Of a DNA stretch of 64,000 nt, positions 1 through 12,824 are shown piece by piece. The DNA is from Harriotta raleighana (lineage: Eukaryota). Where the stretch lies: positions 6,137,982 to 6,201,981 of the forward strand of contig JBNZDD010013691.1 of assembly GCA_050575255.1 (NCBI GenBank), given 5' to 3'. Within the stretch, counting starts at the first letter, position 1; each line of letters begins with the position of its first letter. Under the pieces are notes generated by a model. That model saw only the letters and a list, made by a program, of their open reading frames with translations. It searched no databases and was not told the DNA's origin. A program made the position numbers and the translations under genes.

Positions 1-345
1 GAGGTAGTGGCGGATTCTAGCAATGTTGTGGAGGTGATGGAAGGCTGTGTCAGTCATGGAGTGGATGTGGGGCAGGAAAGATAGTTCGGAGTCGAACAAG
101 ATGCCCAAATTCCTGATTGGCTTCAAGAGGTGGAGTGAACAGCCTTGGATGCTGATGTTGTCAGCGCCTGAGGTGTGGAGGCGCTTGCGTGAGCCAATCA
201 GGAGGGCTTCCGTCTTGTTGACTTTGAGCTGTAGGAAGTTTGCCCTTGTCCAGGACTCGATGTTGGTCAGACACGCAGTCAGGACGCAAGTAGTCCTGGA
301 GTCGAGAGTGGAAACAGAGAGGTGGAGTTGGGTGGAAGCTTGCAT
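1..345 (-). mobile_element. L2-type LINE RT fragment
   Basis: Reverse strand encodes an RT segment of the form CLTNIESW..ANFLQLKVNKTEALLIGS. Confidence 0.75.
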
Positions 346-827
346 GTTTGGATAACACTCCTTAATACAAACCCTCACTGAAAATTTATAAGAGAGAATG
401 AAAACATCTACTTAAGCTGTTTTATTGAGGACGAATAACTTCCATGATGTATCTGATTGTTAATTTTTAGTCGTATCCTTACTCTCTAGATGATTGCTTC
501 AATGCAGAATAAGCAAGTTAGAGTAGGCAAGTAATTAATTGGTAGATGTACTCACTTTTTGAAAGGAACAATTACATTCCAATGTTCAAGACATAAAAAC
601 AATAGACCGTTGATATTTGAAAACATGCAAGATACACACACTGACACAAACCAAAATTATACACAATATTTCAAGTTTATTCCAGAATAAATTTCAATTG
701 CACAAGCCATATGTGGTTCTGAACTCTTCGATAGTGGTTTCTAAATGCTGTGCTGTCTATGAGTTTTTGATAAAGCTAAAAAAAACTTCACAAATAAGAT
801 AAGAATTTTTCATTTTGTATCCATTAG

Positions 828-977
828 ACTGCTCAGTTGCGGTCCATTCATCTGGAATTAATTGCTGCTCAATCTATTGTGGAGGATGCAAACAATCTGG
901 AACAAGCAAGCAAGAAAAGTGCTTCAGATCTTGACAAAAATGTCGTGGTTATGGCAGAGAAAATGGGTCAGATCAAG
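828..977 (+). pseudogene. Laminin alpha-like coiled-coil exon (open, phase 0-0)
   Basis: Acceptor ttttgtatccattag, donor AAG/gtcagt. 50 codons: TAQLRSIHLELIAAQSIVEDANNLEQASKKSASDLDKNVVVMAEKMGQIK. Heptad pattern; resembles the remembered LAMA2 segment EATDKIREANRLFAVNQKNMTALEKKKEAVESGKRQIE. Confidence 0.75.
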
Positions 978-1337
978 GTCAGTTTCAAGATATAGAAAGA
1001 ATTAGTATGAAATATAAGTTCAATCGAGCCAGAATTGTGGCTTCAACACTGTTGTAATAAAGTGGGATTGAATTGTAGATTTATTCTCAATAGACAAACC
1101 ACAATGAATGAAAGTGCAGCTTGCTTATTATGTTGTGGTGACTTTGAGCTCAGGGGAATGTAACCAAAAAATAAATTGTGCAATCCTTGCATTTGATATA
1201 GTGCCTATCACATCAAAAGATCTCAAAGGGCTTCATAAGTAATTGTTGTCTTGGGTAGTGGACTGTATATTTGTAGGCAACTGCAGTGTCAATTTACGCA
1301 CAGCAATGAACAGGAATCAAGTGAATGACCAATTTAT

Positions 1338-1900
1338 TGTAGAGTATTGTGTGCAGTTTTGGTCTCCTTATTTAAAAAAGGACATACTTGCCTTAGAGGG
1401 GGTGCAGCATAGATTCACTAGGTTAGTTCCTGGGATGAGGGGAGTGACCTATGAGGATAGGTTGAATAAACTAGGGCTTTATTCTAGAGTACAGAAGAAT
1501 TAGGGGGGATCTTATTGAAACATATAAAATTCTTAAAGGGCTAGATAAAGTAGACACTGAGGAATTGTTTCCCCTGGTAGGAGAATCTATAACCAGGGGT
1601 CACAGTCTTAAAATTAAGGGGCAGACTTTTAAAACAGAGTTGAGGAAACATTTCTTCACTCAGAGGGTAGTGAATTTATGGAATTCACTACCCCAGAAGG
1701 CTGTAGATGCTCAGTCGTTGAAGATTTTCAAGGTTGAGACTAATAGATTTTTGAAAAATAGAGGGATTAGGGGATATGGGGATACGGCAAGTAATTGCGT
1801 TAGGTCAGAAGATCAGAAGATCAGCCATAATCTTATTGAATGGCGGGGCAGGCTCGGAGGATCAAATGGCCAACTCCTGCTCCTAATTCTTATGTTCTTA
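1338..1900 (+). mobile_element. CR1 LINE 3' fragment
   Basis: EYCVQFWSPYLKKDILALEGVQHRFTRLVPGM...TRGHSLKIKG..FKTELRKHFFTQRVVNLWNSLP, then a 3' UTR ending ttcttatgttctta. Confidence 0.9.
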
Positions 1901-2088
1901 TCTGGAGGAGTGTTGCCCAGGAAACAGAAGAAATCCGCTTCTCCTTCTCTTTTCAAATCGTGCATAGTCTTTAATAATCACTTGAAAGGCAGATGAGGCC
2001 CTTGATTTATTGCCTTGTCTCTTTCAGAGGACAATACTTATGATGCAGAACTCCTCTCAGCACTATGTGGTGGGAAAATATCCTAATA

Positions 2089-2470
2089 CAGTAAAAGCTT
2101 GTTTATGTAGCACCCAACCGGAACGCTCAACCAACCGTATCTCCCAATAGAATTCACCATTCCGGGAAATGAATCTCATAAAGGAGCCATCCGGGACACT
2201 CGCGAGTATGCTTATTTTGCGTATGCGAGCAATGCGTGCACATGCGCACTTATTAAACTTAGAGAACCCTGGAATTTTTATTTTACTGAGTGTGCTGGAA
2301 TGCTTTGTTGGTAAGTATCCATGCAATATTCTGTTATTATTCAGTCTATTATTAATATGGTATCTTTTAAAATAAGTTAATTTTTTGTGTAAGATTTTCA
2401 GCAACTTGCATCATATTTGAATAAAAAACGTCAACGGTCCTGAGGATGCCGGATAAACAAGCTTTTACTG
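2089..2470. mobile_element. Tigger/pogo-like MITE, family A
   Basis: TIRs cagtaaaagcttgtttat...ataaacaagcttttactg, flanked by TA on both sides. Confidence 0.85.
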
Positions 2471-4340
2471 TATATATGCCGAAGAAATTCGCCAAACACT
2501 TCAAAGCCTGTGGTAAACAGATCTGCATTTTCCCAGCCCAATGCACATTAATGTCTATATTTGGTCAAAGCCAAATGATCTTTATTGCTTCAACGCTGTC
2601 TTTTGGATCCATTGCTAGAATTGAGCAAAATCATCACCTCTAATCGTCCGTGTGCTTTTCTCCTGTCATTCATTACAGTTGTAAATTAATGTGTAACCCT
2701 AAAATTAACATATCATGGGGGATAAAAGATTATTACAATTGAGTAACTTCCTCAGAAATTATATTGAAAGTAAAAACTAATTTAATAAAATTCACACCAA
2801 AATATTTGCAAAACCATGAAAGAAATATCTTGTTATGAGTATATTGAGTATCAATATAAAACCTCTTTCAAAATCTATTAAGTGATCCATGCATAGTCAT
2901 TAGTAGTTTATGTAAAGAGGTGATTGATCAGAAGATGGCAAACCCATATACCTGTGGAATGATTTTCGTGTTACCTGCTCAGTTGATAAACAATTGCTTT
3001 TCAGTCAGAAGATTGTGGGTTCAAGCTCCATATTAGGACTTCTTAAGATCTTAAGCTAAACTCGAGTGCATTGTTGGAGGAGTGCCGCAATTTCAGAGCA
3101 TCTTAATGATGTGATAAGAGGATGGTAACATGGATATTCTTTTCCTTTCTCTCAGTGTCCTGCCAACAATTCTCCAAATAAAATTGGTTACTCACTTCAC
3201 ATGGTTGTATTAAAATAGTTGCCATATCTTCCGACAGAAGCAATACAATTACAACAAAATTACATTTGGATATATTACACTGTACAGAAAATCCTGTAAA
3301 GCACATTAAGACACTTTGATGATGCATATATCAAATATATCAAGATGTTATATCAAATATAAAAATTATTATATACTTTCCAGTCAGCGTGGGCTCACTG
3401 TAAGGGAAATCGGGAAATTTTCGAGTACACACATAATTGGCTCCTGATATTTTATCACCACAGAGCTTGACATTTGAGTGGGTGATAGATCATACCAGCC
3501 GAACATTGCTCAGAGCCTAGGCTCGGTGATGAGTGATACATACGATAGACAATTCCTGCCACCCTGTTTAAGCTCTGACAAAAGCTTTAAAGGTTTTGTG
3601 CAAAATTGATGCCCCCACAAATCAATGTCCCCACAAATTGGTGCCTTCAATACACCTGACAATCCCTTTCAGGGAGACAGTCAGCCACTGCTTCCGCTTT
3701 TAAGTGCTTCTTGTATCCTTTCCATTGCTTATATTTTTTATATTGATCTCACACTATTGTTTCTACTGCAGTCAGCATCCCTTGAAATGGTGTTATGTTC
3801 TGTTATGAGTAAAACTATTTATCCTGTGGACAAGATTTTGTACTATAATTTTCACAGATTCAACAACAACAAAAATACTGGCTAGTGTCTGTCGAGCAGA
3901 CAGATGGAGTGGGTTAGGAGGATTTAAGAAGGGTGCAGGTTCAGTATAATTTTAATGGGTTCAGTATAATTTGAACTTTTTAAAGTTTCATTTACAAATT
4001 GCTTTTCATCCAAATTCTGGCCTCAGCAACAAACATTTTGCTTTTCTTTTCATTTTGATTCATACTTTTTTCAGAAGGTTCTTAAAATGGAGTCTTCCAA
4101 AGACAGTCACAATTTGGTAAACTTGATACAGGAGTCAAAGTAATGGTAAATGTTATACAGCTTCCTCAGTGCAGATTAAACATAAATGGGGAATGGATTG
4201 TAATACTACTATTTGGATGGCGCCTTTCACGTCGGGAGGACTTATACCAAATAAACACATACCAAATAAACATATACCAAACAAGCATGATTACACTACT
4301 GGTAACTTTAAATTATAACAATAATCCTTGCTTTGATATA

Positions 4341-4605
4341 CAGTAAAAGCTTGTTTATCTGGCATCCTCAGGACCTGAATGGTGCCGGTTAATTAAATAT
4401 GCCGGATATTCGAGCGGCAAGTTGACGAAAATAATAAGTGCGCATGCGCACACATTGCACATATGCGCAAAGTGGGCACACCTGTCAGTGTCCCGGATGG
4501 CTCCGGTATGAGATCTGTTTGCTGGAATGATGAATTGTATTGGGAGATAACGGTTGGGATTGAGTGTTCCGATTGGTTGGGTCCCAGATAAACAAGCTTT
4601 TACTG
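4341..4605. mobile_element. MITE family A copy (internally deleted, opposite orientation) inserted in a SINE tail
   Basis: Same TIRs; internal sequence is the reverse complement of the 2089-2470 copy. Confidence 0.85.
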
Positions 4606-5149
4606 GAGTACAGTAGCGCTTTATTGAGAGGTCTCAAAGTGCTTCACAGCGGATTGACTGTATATTTTGTGGGTGAAATGCAGCAGCCAATTGTGCACAG
4701 CAGTGCTCCACAAACATTCCTGGATTGAGTTTTAAATGTTTTTAAATATAGCTCTATATATAACTTTCTCCCTCACATTTTCTGAACCTGTCTGAAAGGT
4801 GCTGATTGGGGAAGAGAAAAGGGGCATCATTACCTGTATGATTAATCTATGTCCTCTATACTGTGGTCACTAGTTGAAATACTTTAGACCTCCTCCGTTT
4901 TATAGCCCAGAGATATAAAATTATAGCTTGCTCTCACATTGCTCTTGGTTGAGCGACTGTGGAGAATGGCAGTATTCGAGTGGATAATTATTCTCTCTCA
5001 CCTGGAACAAATTCTCATGTACAGAGTCTTCCTTTCAAAAATTTGTTCTCAGGACATACTTGTGTTTGATTTCCGTGAGCAAATTATTTCAATGATCCTT
5101 TGGTCCATCGTGCAGGCAATGGGTACCTTGGTACATGCATTGCACTTTA

Positions 5150-5277
5150 AGAATCCTGTAGCTCAGTGGTTAGAGCACTTGCCTTGCAAGCGAGAGACTG
5201 GGTTTGATTCCTGGCAGCACTAATCTTTGAGCAATGTGCATTGCACTCTATCAAATGTAAGGATTATTATTTATTAA
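5150..5277 (+). mobile_element. tRNA-derived SINE, internally deleted
   Basis: A box tagctcagtgg, B-box-like ggtttgattcc, tail ggattattattt. Confidence 0.7.
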
Positions 5278-8010
5278 ATGGCAGTGGTTTTGCCCTTCTG
5301 ATAATCAAGACTCTCAGTAGGGTGTGGGTGAGGGAGAACAGAACTCTCTGCTTTGCTGTTATGGTATGTTATGATGTGTCCTGTAAATAGCAGTTCAAAG
5401 TTGTCTCCCAGAGTTAAACAGCAGCTTCACGAAGTTGAAATAAGGTATGGGCTCCAAATATTTTCAGCCAGACATAAACTTCACTATTATTTATATGTGT
5501 GGTGGGTGGGGTGTTTAACAGTATATTTCAGCGATGTTCTTTAAATAAGGAACTGGGCATGTTAGAAATACTACAATTCTGATCTTGTGGTATTTGAAAA
5601 AACAATTGGTTAAGTTAGAAAGGCCCTTTGCAGTGTGTTTATTAATGTTACCCAATTAGTCTATTTCTTGATAGGCTAGTTTTAGAATTACCTCTAATAT
5701 TATTCCATTAATCTTGTGTGATTTCCTTTGAAAACGCAAATCCAGAATTCTTACTAGACACTCACTAATGAAAAATTGCCTAAATTGGTACAAATGTAAA
5801 ATGTTGCATTATACAGAGAATATTGTCCTTGAAATTGCCTGTGTCACATTAGTAATCCCTTTGGTGATGTTCATTGTAGAAGCCACGGATTACCGCACTG
5901 AATACCAGTTTTAGGTAATTAGTAGCGTAAAAGTAAATTGAGGATTCAAAGTACAGTTTGACTTTTTGCTCTTAAACCTTGATGCCATATGCTAAGAATA
6001 TTGAAATTAATTTCAGTCTCAAGGTGAGAATTCATTACATTTTTTAAAATTCTGATCTGAATCAGGCTTTGATCCTCTCTAGAATATCTCCCTACGTTTG
6101 TGAGGTCACGTTTCAAATATGGTTGGATTTTCATCCTGAGAAACGTTTGAAAAAGTATTAACTTTCAGTTGAACACATTGTTGTGGCACGGAGACCACTG
6201 TATCATCAGGAATTGAATGCCAACCCTCCATCATCTCTCCTTTTCCTCCCCATTCAACACATCATTTTGCATCACTTACAGGCAAAGTAGGCCTATCTTG
6301 CTGCTGTGATTTAAACAAAAAAGGATAGATTCCTTGTGGTCTGATGGCAGGCCACAAGGAATCAACCAACTATGTAACCCACAAAAATAGGAAATAAAAA
6401 ATGTACCCAGCTGCAGAGAGGAGTGACATGCTGACAGCAGCGTACAGCTGTGTAATAAAATGATAAATGTGGGGTGACATTTGCATTTGTTCTTAATGCA
6501 TTCCTTGTGCTGATTATAACATGTCCTGAACCACTGCATATTTCTTCCTGTTCTTGAATTATTGCAATTATACCAATTATTGTCAATCAGCTGTCAGTCG
6601 ACTGTCAATCAGCGCAGACTCTCCCTTAAATCCCATGGTGTTAGCTGCCTATTGCTGGGTACCATCTTGACATGGCTTCTGACATGCACATTTCCACTCC
6701 TATTTGTCCATTATACAGGCAGATGTTATTTAATATAGAGGAAAATAGCTTAACTTGTTGGTTTAGTTGGTTTCCTGTCCAGGAGTGTTGAAATGCTTTT
6801 GAACGGAACAGCAATAGCTCTCCCCCCTTCCCACAGCAAAATAAAACAACAGTAGATATATTTCTAAAATCCTTTTGGGGGAGCCCACTCTATCAGAAAA
6901 TCTATTTCGAGAGAGATTTGTTTTAAGGACTGAAAATCATGTGTCCTTAGACTGGTTAGGGGGATTACTGTTGTGACACTGGTTCTTACTTGGTGGAAAC
7001 TTGTCCATCTGGCGAAAGTGAAATTTAATCATCTTTGCAGTGTTTTGTGACCATCTGTGACTGAACTTCAGGTCAGCTGAAGAAAGCCACTGTATGAGCT
7101 ACTCAATCTTACTGTCAATCCATTCAAGAGAGAATCTGGAAGTTTGTTGAAGTCTGGTGTTTCAAGCTATTTGAATAAGTCTTTTTTGCTTGTTGGAGCC
7201 TTGTATTTCAATGCAGTAGTTCTGCCTTCACAAATTCTGGGCTCGAATCTGCAGAGTTTACAAATTAAGGTCCTTGAAAACTCTGAAAACTGTGTTGTAG
7301 CAACTTATTTTTCCAATGAGAAAATATGGGTAGTTAGTAGACAAAAGATGCTATATAATTTACAGATGAGTAATACCGCAATTATTCTTACTCCATCTTT
7401 GGTCAGAATAGCAACAACAAATTGAATTTATATAGCGGCCTTCATGCAGGAGAGTATCCTGGAGCACTGAATGCCAAGAGAGGCAAAATAAAGACAGGGA
7501 GGTAACAACAGGCGTGATGGAAGAGTCCAAGATTTTTAGTTGCAGAATTACAGAATCTTGGGGAGGTTTGGTGCTCAGCCATATATTAACTCAGAAGCAC
7601 TCTGAAAATAACTCAGCAGTGGTTATTTAAAGTGGTTAGAGGAGTGGTTGGAGTCCTGTAGATCAGTGGTTGGAGCACTTGCCTAAGCAAGCGAGAAACC
7701 TGGGTTCAGTCCCCGGCATTTTTGGGACAAAAATGGCAGCCAATTCCTCACAACAGTGCCACACCAACAGTCATTGATTTTTCTGTTGTCATTTCTATTG
7801 TCCTAGTTTTTGTCAAACTGACCCCAGATGAAGAAAAAACAGCATAACATGACTTGGCCTCAGCCAAATGACTTTAGAACAAGATCGTCAACCGTAGCAG
7901 TGCAATTTGACTTAATGTGTTGATCTGCATTGTATTCTGCAGTTTTGTTTTGGAAAAAATACTGTTACTTATCAACTTTAGAGTGCAGGAGTTTATTTTT
8001 TCTCTTGCAG

Positions 8011-8164
8011 AGCAATATACTGTAATATTAATCCAACATTTGGTTGATAACATGACTGATATGACTACAAATACATCACAGATACTTCAAGTTGCAAGCC
8101 ACAATATGCAGCGAATAAATAACAGGATTCAAGAGCATTCAACTTGTGTTCTTGGATAAAGGAG
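8011..8164 (+). pseudogene. Laminin alpha-like coiled-coil exon with stop or frameshift near its 3' end
   Basis: Acceptor tttttttctcttgcag, donor GAG/gtaaac. Translation QYTVILIQHLVDNMTDMTTNTSQILQVASHNMQRINNRIQEHSTCVLG* (TAA 8157-8159) resembles NTLKEGNDILDEANRLADEINSIID of laminin alpha. Confidence 0.65.
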
Positions 8165-8359
8165 GTAAACAACATAAATACTGCATTGCACTGAATTTAA
8201 TCACTAAAGCGAGTGAGTGTGTTCGGTGTTGTGAGGGGGATGTTAAATTGATCAAAGCAAGAGCTGATCAGTGTTTTATGAATTTGAATCCTGCAATTAT
8301 GGATAGGATATTTGTGGTACCTTCTTGGTACCACAATTATTCAGAACTGTGAAACTCGT

Positions 8360-8770
8360 GTCCTCCCTCACCCCAGGATTTGGGAGCTTTATTGGCTCCC
8401 CCTCCCACAGAGGATCGACTTCAAGATCCTCATCCTCTTTGTTAAAGACCTTCACTGTTTTATTTCTCCCCATCTCTGTGACCTACTAAAATCTTACCAA
8501 CCTGCCTGTTCCCTTCATTTGACATGGATTGGCTTGCTCTAGTATCTGTTGTCAGGCTTTCACTCTTAAGCCGTTACCCTCCATCGCGGAATCCCTTCGC
8601 CTCACCACCACTTCCCATCTCTCCTTCATAGCCTGTCTCCTTCATTGACCGTCGCTTTGGTCATCTTCCCATTCACTTGATTCCAACCCCAAGCCCAGGT
8701 GCAAACCCTTGACTGTTCAGCATTTTGGGATGTCCATGTGAAAGGTGCTATATAATTGCAATTTGGTGTT
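8360..8770 (+). mobile_element. L2 LINE 3' fragment
   Basis: LYWLPLPQRIDFKILIL motif followed by the L2 tail gtgaaaggtgctatata. Confidence 0.8.
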
Positions 8771-9485
8771 GATTATTTTCGGAGAATATTTTTATTCTGC
8801 TTTTTCAATTTTGACAGAGAGGCAGATTGAATTTGTTCTGAGATTGTTACCTTCGTTTTCTACCTATTTGTTAAGCACTATATGTAGCATTTATTTCAGA
8901 AATTTTAATTTGTTAGGTGCTCATGATTGTTGCCATGAATTACTGACTTACAGGTAATCATTTAGCATCAACATTCCAGTTCTGAAAGNACTTACAGGTA
9001 GTCATTTAGCATCAACATTCCAGTTCTGAAAGATGCATTTCTCTTTGTACANGTAATCATTTAGCATCAACATTCCAGTTCTGAAAGATGCATTTCTCTT
9101 TGTACATTACTATTCAGAACTGAATGCCTTGAGCAGGTCATTTATGAGGCAGAATGTATTTCTAGCCCATTGTTGGTAATAAATTGACAAAATTGTTATG
9201 CTGAGAAAAGAAAATGAACATAGTATATTGGAAATGCAGTGTATAGTGTGAATGTAATACATCAAAACCATTGTATTTATTGCAACAAAATACATTCTGA
9301 TTCCCAGTCATACTGAGTCAAATTTATAAGCAAATTTAGAAAAACACAATTGAAAATAAAGGAAAACATGCAAACAATATTTGAGTGGTAGAGCATCTGT
9401 TATGTTAAACAAAGAATTGATTTGGGAACATATTAACCAGAGCTATCTACTGTCCATATCATGCAATTCTCCTGACTATAATAAT

Positions 9486-9993
9486 NNNNNNNNNNNNNNN
9501 NNNNNNNNNNNNNNNNNNNNNNNNNNNNNNNNNNNNNNNNNNNNNNNNNNNNNNNNNNNNNNNNNNNNNNNNNNNNNNNNNNNNNNNNNNNNNNNNNNNN
9601 NNNNNNNNNNNNNNNNNNNNNNNNNNNNNNNNNNNNNNNNNNNNNNNNNNNNNNNNNNNNNNNNNNNNNNNNNNNNNNNNNNNNNNNNNNNNNNNNNNNN
9701 NNNNNNNNNNNNNNNNNNNNNNNNNNNNNNNNNNNNNNNNNNNNNNNNNNNNNNNNNNNNNNNNNNNNNNNNNNNNNNNNNNNNNNNNNNNNNNNNNNNN
9801 NNNNNNNNNNNNNNNNNNNNNNNNNNNNNNNNNNNNNNNNNNNNNNNNNNNNNNNNNNNNNNNNNNNNNNNNNNNNNNNNNNNNNNNNNNNNNNNNNNNN
9901 NNNNNNNNNNNNNNNNNNNNNNNNNNNNNNNNNNNNNNNNNNNNNNNNNNNNNNNNNNNNNNNNNNNNNNNNNNNNNNNNNNNNNNNNNNNNN
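9486..9993. other. Assembly gap (508 N)
   Basis: Run of N flanked by AAT/ATT microsatellite. Confidence 1.
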
Positions 9994-10109
9994 ATTATTA
10001 TTATTATTATTATACATTTATTGATCACTGTAACTTGTAATAGTTAATTAGTTGATTGTACCTTTTAATGCTGGATTAGTTGAATGGAATGTGAGACTGT
10101 GGTCTAATT

Positions 10110-10280
10110 ATAGCCCTCCCTACTCTCTCCATCCAAACCTAACTTTCTCTTGCCACCCCCCCCTCCCGCCTCCCACCCACTCCGTCCCTCTCCCTCGCTC
10201 AGGTCCCGACCTGACTGTTCAGCGCCTTGGGAAATCGTCCCGACGTGAAAGGCACTCTATAAATGTAATGTTGTTGTCTA
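10110..10280 (+). mobile_element. L2 LINE 3' UTR tail
   Basis: ctgactgttcagcgccttggga...cgacgtgaaaggcactctataaatgtaatgttgttg. Confidence 0.8.
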
Positions 10281-10539
10281 TTGACAGGTTAGTGTTAGCT
10301 TATGGATAATACATTGTTTTGACTGAGATCAGCTAAATCAGCACACGCCAGTGCTCAAACTTGCAACACTTGGAATCGATTAATTTGGAAAGGCCCAGTG
10401 CTGCCCCAGGAAGAAATAGTAATACTATAGTATGAGAGCTATTTCTCATTTTCAAATGTGGCAGTCGTTTATCGTACATTCTGTCAGTAACAGTCTGCGA
10501 AGGTGAACATGCATTTTCAAACAGAAGTCTGATCACAAA

Positions 10540-10795
10540 CTCACTTTTCAGTTTGCCGGGTGTCTGACACATGCGGAAACCCGGCTGAGATTTTCATGCA
10601 TCCCTCCTACCCATGGATGTATATCCCAGAGTTATATTATTGTAATGGAATGCACCTTCTCTTCCTGGACGAACGCTTCCTGCTTATTTAATTCCAGAAA
10701 ATGTTAGGTGCAGGTTTTCAAGAGCCAAGCTTTGGGGACCCCAGAGTGTGCGTTGGTACTGTGGACCCAGTAAGAGAAGATTCATTGGGTGCACT
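10540..10795 (+). repeat. Unclassified old interspersed repeat (other copies at ~33490, ~43760, ~48230, ~53130, ~63480)
   Basis: Shared blocks tgtctgacacat..gaaaccc, ggaatgcac..tctc and caagagccaa..tttgg..acccagagtgtg. Confidence 0.65.
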
Positions 10796-11129
10796 TGAGG
10801 CTTGTTAATCATAGAACAATGTTAATTATACTTATCATAAACAGCACATTATGTGTATGTCTGATGAGCACACAGTGGTGATCCGGTGGCCTTTACGACT
10901 CCTTGCTCCATTACAACATTCTGTATTACCTTCTAAAGCTGATGGACATGAGATAAAGCATCAGCAGGAGAGCAAGGAAACAAACTTTAAGATGTCCAAT
11001 TTAACCCTGAGGTGAAGTAATGACTGATACAAATCTTATACAATTAATAAAGTTTTATTCATTCAAATTGGTCATGGTTATCGTTAGTTAAAAGAATACA
11101 ACAGAATAAGTCTTACGTATCTATGTAGA

Positions 11130-11700
11130 GTTCACAACGATTAAGTTCGGCCAAACCAAATGTTGCGGAAGAGATGGAGGAGTATTGTCCAATTTCTTGT
11201 CCAATTCAATGTCCACTGTTGCGTAGTTTGAGTGCTACTAAAATTGTGGACAGTTATCTAAACCTTAGTCTTGATTTTCCATCTTTTGAAGCTGGAATAA
11301 CATTTGTAACTCCCAAGTTCCAGCTCCGTGCCTCTTCTGATTCTCTTACCGAATTGATCTATCTTTATTCTGTTTGTTGATGAACTTTCACCCACTTTTG
11401 CAAGATGGTTTCTTTGTCTGTAGTTTTACCTTTGGAAGAAAATGAAGTAAACCCCCATCCTCCTCAAGCTGCTTTGCAGCGAGAGATATGGACAACATCT
11501 AGGCATTCTTCCACAAACTGCTTGTTTCTCAGCCTTGAATAGTCAGGTATCTGAAGCTGTAGCCTTTTCTTTCTCCAGGCCATTGTTCATAGATCTATCC
11601 TCAAGGACCTGATTGCTCATTATCTCAGAGCATTGAATATTTTCCCAGGAAACTATGGAATGTATTCAGAAGCTGACCTCAACCAGTCCAGCAAAACTAT
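11130..11700 (-). mobile_element. Degenerate BEL/Pao LTR-retrotransposon integrase C-terminal remnant
   Basis: Reverse-strand QKWVKVHQQ...SVRESEEARSWNLGVTNVIPASKDGKSR (11257-11401) fits BEL ..KW......L..GD.V......R..W.LG.V..V.P..DG..R. Confidence 0.45.
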
Positions 11701-11744
11701 GTTTAACCCCTACTAAGCTAGTCATTATTAAAGGATTATGAATA

Positions 11745-12040
11745 TTGATAATAATAATCCATGCATTTGATATAGCATTTTTCACATCTTCTAGTCGTCT
11801 CAAAGTGCTTCACAGAATGTACTCCATAGTGAATTGACTGTATATTTGTGGGCGAAAAGCAACAGGCATTTTGCGCACAGTAGTGTCCCACAAACAATTG
11901 TGAATTGTGTGACCACATTTTGTTTTGAGGGATAATTATTAGGCATGTGGAGTATGGAAACTTACCCAAGATTTCGCCCTGCCGGAATTGAACCCAGGTC
12001 TGTTACTTGTAAGGTGAGTGCTCTAACCACTGAGCTGCAG
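11745..12040 (-). mobile_element. tRNA-derived SINE
   Basis: Reverse complement of gctcagtggttagagcactcacc...gggttcaattcc, with an ATT tail. Confidence 0.85.
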
Positions 12041-12431
12041 TTCTCAGATAATGGAGAGGTCCAGAATTAGTGCCAGTTAGTGCAGAGATTGAGGTCATAC
12101 ATTGAGAGGGAAGTCGGGTGTGAAGGAGAGTGGAACCAGTATACCAGTAGAAACACTATTCTCCTTTTGATTGGTGACATTGGATATTCAATGTCCACCT
12201 GAACAGCCTAAATTGTAAGAGGAATGTAGAGAGACTTCATTGTGCATTTATCCTTTCTGTTGGTGGTGTCTGAATCTTTCATGATTAGAGTGGATGCCTG
12301 AAGTGGAAAATATCCCTTAACCAAGCAATGAATTCCATCATCTCAAAAAGCACAAATATTAATTGAGAAATTCACAAGGTTTTTGTGGGAGGGAGGTACA
12401 TTTTCTAAAAATATATTGTAATCTTACAGTA

Positions 12432-12824
12432 CAGTAAAAGCTTTGTTATCCGGCATCCTCGGGAACTGACCGTTGCCGGTTAATTAAATCTGCTGGATAT
12501 TCGAGTGGCAAGTTGCCAAAAATCCTACACAAATTGAACTTATTTTAAAACATATCATATTACTAATAGACTAAATAATAACAGAATATTGTATGGATAC
12601 TTACGAATAAAGCATTCCAGCACACTTGGCAAAATGATTGGTAAAATAAAAATTAATATCATTTATTAAGTGCGCATGAGTGCACATACGCAAGGTGATC
12701 GCACCGCGAGTGTCCCGGATGGCTCCGGTATGAGATCCGGTTGCTGGAATGGTGAATTGTATTGGGAGATACCGTTTGTTGAGCGTTCTGGTTGGTTCGG
12801 TGCCAGATAACCATGCTTTTACTG
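12432..12824. mobile_element. MITE family A copy
   Basis: TIRs cagtaaaagc...gcttttactg with TA flanks; body homologous to 2089-2470. Confidence 0.85.

Noticed and set aside
3858-3912. Possible 55-nt phase 0-1 exon (IQQQQKYWLVSVEQTDGV) that would bridge the exons at 828 and 8011
   Set aside because: The caacaacaacaaaa run looks like an antisense L2 tail, the donor is weak and the peptide is not rod-like. Not excluded, but unsupported.
8945-9108. Apparent triple tandem repeat of about 60 bp
   Set aside because: Copies are separated by single n characters, typical of unmerged contig overlaps; likely assembly artefact.
9381-10040. Long ORFs of 189-219 aa
   Set aside because: They only span the N gap.
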